Assembly (NCBI GenBank): GCA_036339465.1 | Contig: JAYZAY010000030.1 | Coordinates: 1 to 64,000, forward strand | Origin: Myxococcota bacterium | GTDB taxonomy: Bacteria > Myxococcota > XYA12-FULL-58-9 > JABJBS01 | DNA: 64,000 nt | Direction of reading: 5' to 3' | Shown here: in pieces, positions 48,398 to 57,166 of the stretch | Layout of the letters: every line of letters starts with the position of its first letter | Position numbering within the stretch: position 1 is the first letter of the stretch | Notes under the pieces: generated by a model | What the model was told of the DNA's origin: nothing | Database searches by the model: none | What the model saw: the letters and a program-made list of their open reading frames with translations, nothing else | Program-made: the position numbers and the translations under genes

Positions 48398-51300
48398 ATG
48401 AAAGAGAGTCAGCGTCGAAAATATTATATTCTTGCTTTGAGCCTGGCGACTCTTGGGGGCGCGGAGGCTTTTGCTGGCTATACCACACTTACCGTTGCTG
48501 ACTTAACTTTTGAAAATGAGTTTTTTCGGCACATTGCCCCTGAAGTTGAGTGCCCTTGGCTGGATGCCTCGGTTCAGCAGTGTGACAACAGCTTTGGATG
48601 GGGACATGGGGAACTGACGCTCCCGAGGGTTGCGGATCCCACATCGGAGGGAGATTATAATCGGTTTAGTACAGAGTGGCGCGGCACCATCACCGATCTT
48701 GCTCCCGGAAATTTTGTAAGCTCTATCTGGGCCGCTTCCGGGGACTCCACGTCGCCGACCATCAATCAACCGAAACCACGGCAACTTCTTTTGGTCCTCA
48801 CCAAAGAGATAAATGAGGTGGCGGGAGGGAATAATTGCGGCCTTTTGATACAGGTCGCCAACAATCTCGGCTTTGGCACGGCCAATCGATTTATGGGGGT
48901 CCAGCGCCACAAGGGGTGGCAAGGTAACCAAACGGAGTGTCTCATTGAAACATCGACATCCTCCTCAGCACCTGCATGCGAGGCTATGGCCAGCAGTGAA
49001 TGGAGCTCTTTTTCAGAGGCGAACCCTAATTTTACCTGTAACCATATTGATAGTTATCGCTATGCTCTGGATGTGGGGGATTTCAATGGTGATGGGTATG
49101 AAGATTTTGTCTATTTACGCTCGGGGCAAAATGGACAATTAGATTCTCATTCACGTTTCATTGTGGGAGAGAATGTTACCAGTGGCAGTTGCAATGCTGG
49201 TCAGGAGCTCTCCCTAAGTACGGTTAAGGAGATCAACAAAGATACCAGTGGTAATGAAATAGAGGAATTTGGCAGTAACCGTTCGTTATGTGTCAAACAA
49301 CTAAGTACGTCCGACTGGCTTCAGGCCCAATTACCCAGCTCTGCATGTTGGCAAATTCCCATGAATGGTGACACAGCGGTTTCCGGTGACTTGCAGAATA
49401 CGGGGGGCCAAGATGAATTCGTGCTTGGGGTTTCCGGCTGTGACTCTAATATCGGCTCCAATGCAATTCTCGTCTATAAAGATCTTCTGGATAGCAGCAC
49501 TCGGAGCACATACAATATCCTATTCTCGGACCACGGTTTCCAGGCAGTTGCTCTAGAAACAGGCTCCATAGAAATGAGTCCCAATCTTCTTACATGTGAA
49601 GCAGGGTCAGTGGCGGCTGCTTCTTATGCCTACGTTTCAGTCGCGGCCAATGGAGTGACGGATTCACCGAGCAATGTACTTAAGAAGCTAGATATTTCAG
49701 AAGGTTCTTCGGGGACAATGGTGACGGTACCACTTACGGGGCTGGGTGAGACTGAATCTATAGACAGATTGGTTTACCGAGACTTAACTGGAAACAACGA
49801 GGGGGATTTTATTGTTGCTACGAGTAACTCCAGCGATAGCATTGCGAGGGTCCGCGTTTCTTCTACGGATGATGGTGGTAATTACAAGGTTGAGGGTATT
49901 GAGGCGACTTTTCCCGAGCGCGTTTCATTCATGGCCTCTCTGGATATGGATGGTGATCCAGAGAATCTCATGGATTTTATGGTGGGTCGAAATTTTGGTT
50001 GGGGGGCTCGTTACTATTATGCGATTAATCGGAGGTCGAACCTCTATCACACTGAAGGTTTTGTGGTTTCGAGAGATTTACTCGCAGGGAATAACGCGAA
50101 TGGTAAGTTGGTGGTTGATCTCTCTCTCAGCCCAACCTTTGACAATAGTGGGGGCCCCCTAGCGGAGTTGGATATTTATATCAGTAACAATGGATCAGAC
50201 TGGCAGACCTATTTCCAATGTACGGGTATTGCGTGCGCCTACGACGCCATCACCACGAGTTTGGCAGGTAAGCGAGAGAGCTTTCAGAGTTTTGGCAAGG
50301 GAGTGTTTGTGGGGATCCGCATGAAAGGTATTTCCACCACGACCCTTGGGACCCAAGAACAGGCTTTAACCGAAAAATATGCTACGGCGGAAAAGGAACT
50401 GACGAAAAACTCACCGATTCTAAGAAACATTCAAGTGACGCCAAGGGTGGTCGACAGTGCTGTCTTTTCCCGCTCTGCATTGGCTCAGCGGGTGAGTGGT
50501 AATGATTTCTGGGTCTACTCTTCCTTTTTTAACTTTCCATGTTTCGAAGGTGGGTTGAAGGCTTACAAGATGTCGGAACGAGTGACCAGCGCAGGGGTTG
50601 ATCCCAATCAAGCTTGTGGCAACTCTGAAGAGTTTGACTGTGGTTGGACATCAGGAGCAGTTTCCGGCTGGTTTGACAATGACAGCGGGGAGCCGACGTG
50701 GTCTGCAGTGATCAGTGCTAGTTCGGGAAGTGGTATTGCAGGATTAAAAGAGCTTGTGGCCAGTGACGCGGCTGTCCGAACTGAGGTGTTGGGCAACTCG
50801 GCCACTCAAAGCACTGTTTCCACCCTGCTGACACGTTTAAAAAGCGGCTATAAGGATCTTACCTCTGGTAACAACTCGACCGCCGAAAGCTGTTTAGAGA
50901 AGCCCCCGATGGGGGATGGTGATTGGACGATTCGAGATCCGGGACATCAATCGCCCTTGGTCGTGGCGGGTAATTATGCCAAGAGTGCCTCAGGGGTTGA
51001 GCTAGAAATTCCTTACTACATCGATAAGCTTTACCCCACTCTCAAGTCATCTTATATCAGTCACCAAGAAAATCTGAAAAACAATCCTCGAGTTTATCTT
51101 GGTACCAACGGGGGGGCCATCTATTCGTTTGACGCAGCATTAGGAGGAGAGCCAAAGTGGGCATATGTTCCTGAAAACCTTTTATCGAAACTCCAGGAAC
51201 AAACTGCGGATTACCACAAGCAGTGCAGTGCCAATTTTGATAATAGTACAGGGAAGCTAACTCTCGCAGATGGCCCAATAGAAACGCGTTATCGCCATCA

Positions 51301-53920
51301 ATACTTCATCGACGGAAATATTACGCAAGTGACTCTCCCCACTGGGAGTCGTAATGAATGGAAAACTCTAGCCTTGGTTTCCCAGGGCCAAGGACTTGGG
51401 AAGGATAAGCGCAATGGCTCAGAAACTGTTGATAGTTACTGGTTGTTTGCCCTTGATGTAACTCAGGACGGTGGCGCTGGGACGGAAGCGCCTAAGCCCT
51501 TATGGGAATTCACCGATTCTGCAGGTGTTGTTACCACGTGTGATCCGAATGGTTTGAAACCGGCGAGCTGTACGTCTGATTGCGACATGGATTGCACAAA
51601 ATCGAAAACATTTATGCAAACCTGCGAGGGAAGTGCCTGTTCGAAGTACGGTAATGTAGTGATGATGGATGTTTCTATTTCTCCGAACCATACTCTAACC
51701 TCCGTACAACGGCTTGAAATGGATATCGCTAGCGACGCGGATGGGGGCTACGTTGAAATGAGGGTTCCTAATCCGGGAGTTGCGCCGGATTGGTGTGTCA
51801 AGGCCAAGAAACCGAAACCGACTTTGAGCATCGTCGAAAGCTCCGCCCTGACGCCACCGAAATTGAAGGATGGCTCGACCGTGTTCGAAGCCCCGGTTGT
51901 GGAATATAGTTTTGAGGCAGCCCCCAGGGCAGGGAATCCAAATCATACAGTTTGGTTTTTGTTGGATATTGAGGCCAGTATCAACAATGCGTCAGATTTA
52001 TGTTACTATCACAGCAATGGCGAACTGCCATTTCTTTGGTATTCTATTGATTCCTCCAGTCTCTATGCTGATGACGCTGCGGGTGGAGTGGTTATGTATG
52101 AGGTACCGGACCTGAGCACCAGTACCTCTGGATATATAAGGGTTTGGCTCCGCTCCAAAGTGGAATCCCTATTTGGCAACGGTCTTCATACCTTGCAGGT
52201 GTGGCCTTTGAATCCAAGATTCAAGCTTCGCGCCGTGATGATTTCCGATGATTCCTTAGATGGTCCGGATGCGGGTGGTATCAACGATTTGGCGAAAACA
52301 GAAAACGGCACCCCCGCTTGGAAATCGCTTACAGAGTGTTCACCAGAATGCACTGTTAGCTGTGTTGAAGGTGCCCCTGACCCAAACAATACTGGTTGTA
52401 CTGGCAACACCCAAAACTGCGAAGTTCCGAAATATGTCGACAGCGGCATATATGGACTCGAAGGGGTAAGAACAGAGGACGACACCCTGGGTAACTTCAA
52501 TTATTGCGAGGAGTCGGTGCGTTCCCCTGCGGATAGGGTCGAACAGTTTACCGCCTTTGGACAAACCTTCTCAAAACCAGCAGTAGGACCAGTTGAAGTT
52601 GGTGGCAGTACGAAGTGGCTTGCTTTTATGGGAAGTGGCACCAATCGAGGTATTCGGACTGCGACTGCTACGATAGGGCGCTCCATTTATGCGATCGATA
52701 TTTGTTCTTCTGATGATTGTAAGACGACTCCTACTAAAATAGGCCAATGGCTGATTCCTGATTTGCCAGAGAAGAGCGAAGAAGAGTCTGTCACGAGTCT
52801 TCCCACGATACCAACCGCGTCAATATGTGAAACAGGAGATGGCAATCAATGTCAGATTACCAATTACCGGATAGGGACAGGTTTGAGTACGGGCAAGGTC
52901 AATATTGAAAATGCTGTCCCGGGCGCACCTTCTCTGGTGGATGTTGATGGTGACGGCATCGTAGACAGGGCCTATTTCGGAGACCTCGAGGGGCGTTTGT
53001 GGCGATTAAAGTTCGATCCCACAGCGACCTGGGCAACTTTTGGTGCGAAGTCACAGCTCTGTGTGATCTTTGATGCAGGGGATCACGACGGTGACTGTTA
53101 TTCAAACGGTGTATACAATGGCAATTTAGACACTTGTGCGAGAAATTGGGCGCCCATTGTAACTCGGCCAGCTGTGGCGGTGATTGAGCGCAGTAAGCCC
53201 AATGTTTATTTTGGGACAGGTGCAGATGATAGGGCACCTGACGAACCGGTGCTTTACCGATTTTATTCGGTTCAAGACAACGAAAAGATCGTGTCTGGAA
53301 GTGACTGTCCCCGTGTAAAAACCACCAAAGATTTGAGGTTTTCGAAACCAGAGTATGAATGGGTGGTTGGGGATGGTTTTGAGAATACCTACCCTCTTCG
53401 CCCATTGAAATGTGAGTTGTCCGAAGGGGCGGGTGGGGAACGGTATTGGTCAGACCCTGTTATATTGGATAACGCACAAATATTTTTTGCTTCTCTTTAT
53501 GGTGACATAGACACCGTGGATCCCTTTTCGAGTGCTCAAGTTAGTCCGGATCGGACTGAGAGCAGGGCTTGCAGTCCAAACGAATTAGCCGGTGGAGCGT
53601 CTGCCATTTATGGCTATGCAACGAGACCTCTCAGTTTAGCTGGTGGCCGAAGGGTAAAAGCAGGCGAGTCATTATTCGACGAGTCCTACTATGCGACGGG
53701 GGCAAAAATACGAAAGCAGATTACGATTTTGGGAGAGACTGCGGGCGGTTCCGGTTGGGCATCGAATCAATCGAGAAAAGTGGTGGGAGCGAAGACTCTT
53801 CTTTTCCAGCGGTTCTCCAAGGCTGAAAGTAATCAAGCCCCTCTGATTCAGACGGCGGCAACCAGTAGTGTGGAAAGTAAGATTTGTTTAGAGCAATGGC
53901 GCGAAGTACCTCTTGATTAA
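48398..53920 (+). CDS. pilY1: PilY1/PilC-type pilus tip adhesin, 1840 aa
   Basis: Sec signal (..AEAFA), VYLGTNGGAIYSFDA, WAYVPENLL, YFIDG, FALDVT, LWEF, GQTFSKP, DVDGDGIVDRAYFGDLEGRLWR, VYFGTG, terminal WRE. Confidence 0.88.
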   Translation: MKESQRRKYYILALSLATLGGAEAFAGYTTLTVADLTFENEFFRHIAPEVECPWLDASVQQCDNSFGWGHGELTLPRVADPTSEGDYNRFSTEWRGTITDLAPGNFVSSIWAASGDSTSPTINQPKPRQLLLVLTKEINEVAGGNNCGLLIQVANNLGFGTANRFMGVQRHKGWQGNQTECLIETSTSSSAPACEAMASSEWSSFSEANPNFTCNHIDSYRYALDVGDFNGDGYEDFVYLRSGQNGQLDSHSRFIVGENVTSGSCNAGQELSLSTVKEINKDTSGNEIEEFGSNRSLCVKQLSTSDWLQAQLPSSACWQIPMNGDTAVSGDLQNTGGQDEFVLGVSGCDSNIGSNAILVYKDLLDSSTRSTYNILFSDHGFQAVALETGSIEMSPNLLTCEAGSVAAASYAYVSVAANGVTDSPSNVLKKLDISEGSSGTMVTVPLTGLGETESIDRLVYRDLTGNNEGDFIVATSNSSDSIARVRVSSTDDGGNYKVEGIEATFPERVSFMASLDMDGDPENLMDFMVGRNFGWGARYYYAINRRSNLYHTEGFVVSRDLLAGNNANGKLVVDLSLSPTFDNSGGPLAELDIYISNNGSDWQTYFQCTGIACAYDAITTSLAGKRESFQSFGKGVFVGIRMKGISTTTLGTQEQALTEKYATAEKELTKNSPILRNIQVTPRVVDSAVFSRSALAQRVSGNDFWVYSSFFNFPCFEGGLKAYKMSERVTSAGVDPNQACGNSEEFDCGWTSGAVSGWFDNDSGEPTWSAVISASSGSGIAGLKELVASDAAVRTEVLGNSATQSTVSTLLTRLKSGYKDLTSGNNSTAESCLEKPPMGDGDWTIRDPGHQSPLVVAGNYAKSASGVELEIPYYIDKLYPTLKSSYISHQENLKNNPRVYLGTNGGAIYSFDAALGGEPKWAYVPENLLSKLQEQTADYHKQCSANFDNSTGKLTLADGPIETRYRHQYFIDGNITQVTLPTGSRNEWKTLALVSQGQGLGKDKRNGSETVDSYWLFALDVTQDGGAGTEAPKPLWEFTDSAGVVTTCDPNGLKPASCTSDCDMDCTKSKTFMQTCEGSACSKYGNVVMMDVSISPNHTLTSVQRLEMDIASDADGGYVEMRVPNPGVAPDWCVKAKKPKPTLSIVESSALTPPKLKDGSTVFEAPVVEYSFEAAPRAGNPNHTVWFLLDIEASINNASDLCYYHSNGELPFLWYSIDSSSLYADDAAGGVVMYEVPDLSTSTSGYIRVWLRSKVESLFGNGLHTLQVWPLNPRFKLRAVMISDDSLDGPDAGGINDLAKTENGTPAWKSLTECSPECTVSCVEGAPDPNNTGCTGNTQNCEVPKYVDSGIYGLEGVRTEDDTLGNFNYCEESVRSPADRVEQFTAFGQTFSKPAVGPVEVGGSTKWLAFMGSGTNRGIRTATATIGRSIYAIDICSSDDCKTTPTKIGQWLIPDLPEKSEEESVTSLPTIPTASICETGDGNQCQITNYRIGTGLSTGKVNIENAVPGAPSLVDVDGDGIVDRAYFGDLEGRLWRLKFDPTATWATFGAKSQLCVIFDAGDHDGDCYSNGVYNGNLDTCARNWAPIVTRPAVAVIERSKPNVYFGTGADDRAPDEPVLYRFYSVQDNEKIVSGSDCPRVKTTKDLRFSKPEYEWVVGDGFENTYPLRPLKCELSEGAGGERYWSDPVILDNAQIFFASLYGDIDTVDPFSSAQVSPDRTESRACSPNELAGGASAIYGYATRPLSLAGGRRVKAGESLFDESYYATGAKIRKQITILGETAGGSGWASNQSRKVVGAKTLLFQRFSKAESNQAPLIQTAATSSVESKICLEQWREVPLD

Positions 53921-53938
53921 TTGAAACGAAAGAATTGA

Positions 53939-54508
53939 GTGATGGCCCCTAGAGAGAGAATTCAAAAGGAATCCGGTTTTACCCTTGTTGAGGTGATGAC
54001 GGTCCTTGGGATCGTCGCCATATTATCAGCTTTAGCGTACCCTAATTTCATGAAAAGCCGCCAAAAGAGTGTTGCCAGGTCCATTACATATAATTTCTAT
54101 AATGCTCTCCAGTCAGCGAAGGCGGAAGCAATGAAGAAGGGACTCTCGGTGGGAGTCGAGGTGAATTCCGCGAATCGTGAGGTGGTTTCATTTATTAATG
54201 ATGGTACGGATTTAGCGTTTGATGAAGCGGAAGACATCGTTTTAGCTCGGTTTTGGTACCAGGCTGACTACGGGTTTTCCTATTTCTCTAATGCCACTAC
54301 CTGGACAACAGCTTCTCAAGAGCTCCGGGTTTTTTTCAATTCAAAGGGTGAGGCGGCCGTTGATTTGGGGAATGGGAAAAACTCTATCTGTGATTTAGGA
54401 GGTGGCGAGGCGTTGTTTCGTGTTGGAAGTGATAATGGTACCTCTGCCGGCCAATCCTTTTGGTATGAGATGGTGGTTACATGTATGGGAACCGCGCGAA
54501 TAAAATAG
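53939..54508 (+). CDS. fimU: Type IV pilus minor pilin FimT/FimU (GspH-like)
   Basis: G|FTLVEVMTVLGIVAILSALAYP, L..AK.EA.K....V.V, FNS.G. Confidence 0.82.
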   Translation: MMAPRERIQKESGFTLVEVMTVLGIVAILSALAYPNFMKSRQKSVARSITYNFYNALQSAKAEAMKKGLSVGVEVNSANREVVSFINDGTDLAFDEAEDIVLARFWYQADYGFSYFSNATTWTTASQELRVFFNSKGEAAVDLGNGKNSICDLGGGEALFRVGSDNGTSAGQSFWYEMVVTCMGTARIK

Positions 54509-54564
54509 GAGGGGTGTCAATCGTCTTTTGCTCGAGTTACTGGATCTTGAGTAGAATAAGCATC

Positions 54565-56262
54565 ATGAGCGATTCTCAATTATATCGTTTGTTGAAGTTC
54601 CGAGCCAGTGTCATTTGTTGGATCCCAATGCTCCTATGTTTAGGCTCTGTCTCGGCTTATGCAGCACAAAAAGCAAAAATTGCAGTGATCACCATCCCTA
54701 AAAAAAATGCGGGTAGCAGTGTATCCCTGTTTTCTGGAGGTCTTAGAAAGAGACTGGGTAATGATTTCCGCTTTGTTAGTGAGACGAACGTTTTGGAGGC
54801 GTATCAGGGGCTTGGTGATAAGGATGAGGTTGCGCGTGCGAGCAAGGTGCTGGTGGCTTGGAGCCTCAACGGTCTTGTGATTATCGAACCTTCGGTGCGG
54901 ACAGTTAGGCGTGGAAGAAGGGGCGCAAAACGAATCACAACCATTAATTTGATGGTATTTGGGGGCAGTCCCGCTAAGAGTCTTTTACAAGATAAGTTTA
55001 GATTGATGGCAGGTAGCCTAGAGGATTCTACGTTGAGCTCGAAAGCTCAAGCTATCAAGGCTTTGATTATTCGGTCTCGGGAGAACCAAAATAGGTCGGA
55101 GTCCAAGTGGGGTGTTTCTGCACCTGCTATCCTTAAGAAACAGGAGTCTGATGTAGTTGAAATAGCTAGAAGCAAAGAGAGTGCTAATAAGATGGCTCGA
55201 GAAGTCTCGGAGGTGATTTGGGACTCGGCAACCCAGAACAACAATGAAAAATCACAAGCTGGCAGGGTGTCGGAGGCGGATCCATTAGAAGGTAGAGTGG
55301 GCTCACAAGGGATTTCTGACAGTAGGAGTGTTCGTTCGCAACGTCGGGGCGAAGAGAGCAATCGTCAACTTGTTGGTTTTTGGACACCCAAGTCAGCTAA
55401 GACTGAAGTGAGCGAACCGGTAGAAAAAAAAGAAAACGAGTCAGCGACGACTGGCACGCAGAGTCTCTACCGAAAAAAAGAGGTGGAGGGGGCGACTAAA
55501 GGGTTCTATTTGGGGCTGTCCCTCTCGTCTTTAGGCCGAAAGACGGACTTATCAGGAGAAGTGAAGGGTATTTCGCGAGGTCTGTTGAGTCTTAATCGAG
55601 ATGGTGGCTTGGCGACATTTTCTCCAGGATTGGCTCTTACATTGGACCTTTTACCAAGCGCTTTTTTTTCGGGGCAGGAAAGGCGACTAGAGCCCCTTCG
55701 ACTCCACTTCGGGTTGGAAGCTCATTGGCAAATGACGTGCGTTGTGAGTAGCAACTCTGCATGTGGGGATACGGGTACTACCGGCGTACTGTCCCACTCA
55801 TTTTCGGTTTTGTATGAGTTTGAGGTCTTGCGTAACCGGTCTCTGCTCTTGACTCCGTGGTTGGGATATTTTGGTTCTCACTATCCCCTGCCGGAGAATA
55901 TTTTTCCAGATACAAACTATGTTGGTGGAAGTGTGGGGCTGTCTATTGGTTCCGAGTTAACCGAAATGATTTCGATAGATTCGTATCTGGAATTTCTCTT
56001 TCCAGTTGTCATATCGGGCAGATTGAAGACGATTACAAACACGGTAGCGTCTAGTGGGAATGGTCTAGGGATTGGATTTTCGCTGGGAATTAAAATGCCG
56101 GAGGTCTTGGGGGTGCCTGGGACTTTCAATGTTGGCTTGGAGCATAGGAGTATTAAGCTTGCCACGGAAAGTGATATTGTGGTGGGAGAAACTTCCGTAA
56201 AGGAAGCGACAATTTTGGAACGCCATCTTCGGGTTCATATGGGGTTAATCAGGGAGTTTTAA
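54565..56262 (+). CDS. Exported hypothetical protein with predicted C-terminal outer-membrane beta-barrel
   Basis: Signal peptide ending AYA|A, globular N-domain, charged linker, alternating beta-strand patterns, terminal Phe (GLIREF). Confidence 0.65.
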   Translation: MSDSQLYRLLKFRASVICWIPMLLCLGSVSAYAAQKAKIAVITIPKKNAGSSVSLFSGGLRKRLGNDFRFVSETNVLEAYQGLGDKDEVARASKVLVAWSLNGLVIIEPSVRTVRRGRRGAKRITTINLMVFGGSPAKSLLQDKFRLMAGSLEDSTLSSKAQAIKALIIRSRENQNRSESKWGVSAPAILKKQESDVVEIARSKESANKMAREVSEVIWDSATQNNNEKSQAGRVSEADPLEGRVGSQGISDSRSVRSQRRGEESNRQLVGFWTPKSAKTEVSEPVEKKENESATTGTQSLYRKKEVEGATKGFYLGLSLSSLGRKTDLSGEVKGISRGLLSLNRDGGLATFSPGLALTLDLLPSAFFSGQERRLEPLRLHFGLEAHWQMTCVVSSNSACGDTGTTGVLSHSFSVLYEFEVLRNRSLLLTPWLGYFGSHYPLPENIFPDTNYVGGSVGLSIGSELTEMISIDSYLEFLFPVVISGRLKTITNTVASSGNGLGIGFSLGIKMPEVLGVPGTFNVGLEHRSIKLATESDIVVGETSVKEATILERHLRVHMGLIREF

Positions 56263-56447
56263 CCCCTAACCCAGCATTTTTGTTAGTGTTGGCGCTTCAG
56301 TTTTTCTGGGCCAGCTGTGGGCTACGCTTAAAGTTATGATAAGATAGAGTTGAAGCGATTTTCTTGGTGATAGGGCTCTCTCTTCGTGCCGGTTTAGAGT
56401 AGCCAATGAGGGCATGAACCTTGTAGATCCAGTCAGGAGAAAGACCA

Positions 56448-57131
56448 ATGGTAACAAAAGGTGTGGATGGCGGTGTTGATCCGCGAATTATTAATCAGGG
56501 ATTGCAAAAGCAAACAACTCAGGAGGCAAAGAAATCAGACAAACTTTCTGGGGCTGATGCCGCTCGAATTGCAGAGCAGGCCGGATTTCAAAAAGAAAAG
56601 AAAAAACGAGGACTTAACCTCGGAGACTCCTCCCAAGCTCCCATCCCGTTACCAGAGGATGAAGTCAATCTGGAATTATGGGATCAAAGGCGCTTAGAGG
56701 CCCTTCACGAGTCCCTAGGCAACATTGGTTCCGAGCTCGGAGAGGCTAAGGCAGGTGAATCCGATGAGATAGGTGGCGCCATTTTAGAGGGGGTATTTTT
56801 GCCTACAGAAGCTTCGAATCAGAAACTTGAGAAAATAACGGCCAGAGTCAAGGAGCGCCAGGATTTTTCTATGGATGATGAAGCTGTGAGTGCAAGTCTA
56901 GGGGCAATGGGAATTGAGGTAAAAGATGCTGGGGCGGGTGAAAACTTACTTCGCGCCGGCCTTTTGGTATCGGGACAAGCAGATAAAGCGTCACTTTCAG
57001 GTAATGAGTTGCTGAACGCCGCTCGGCAGGTTGTTGAAGACGCTAATGGCGCTGTTGGTCAGGCCCAGAAAATGAATAAAGGTATTGATTTACAACTTAA
57101 TATGAATCGAACTTTTATGTTTAATCGCTAG
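56448..57131 (+). CDS. Hypothetical protein (227 aa, no Sec signal; candidate T3SS-type substrate)
   Basis: AGGAG RBS; hydrophilic low-complexity N-terminus MVTKGVDGGVDPR; helical C-terminus. Confidence 0.75.
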   Translation: MVTKGVDGGVDPRIINQGLQKQTTQEAKKSDKLSGADAARIAEQAGFQKEKKKRGLNLGDSSQAPIPLPEDEVNLELWDQRRLEALHESLGNIGSELGEAKAGESDEIGGAILEGVFLPTEASNQKLEKITARVKERQDFSMDDEAVSASLGAMGIEVKDAGAGENLLRAGLLVSGQADKASLSGNELLNAARQVVEDANGAVGQAQKMNKGIDLQLNMNRTFMFNR

Positions 57132-57166
57132 TACTGATTGAGTCTATTATTTGAAGTGAGGAAGTT

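Noticed and set aside
56263..56447. Sigma28 (FliA)-type promoter for the candidate secreted proteins (TAAAGTT at 56329)
   Set aside because: No GCCGATAA-like -10 element at the required spacing.
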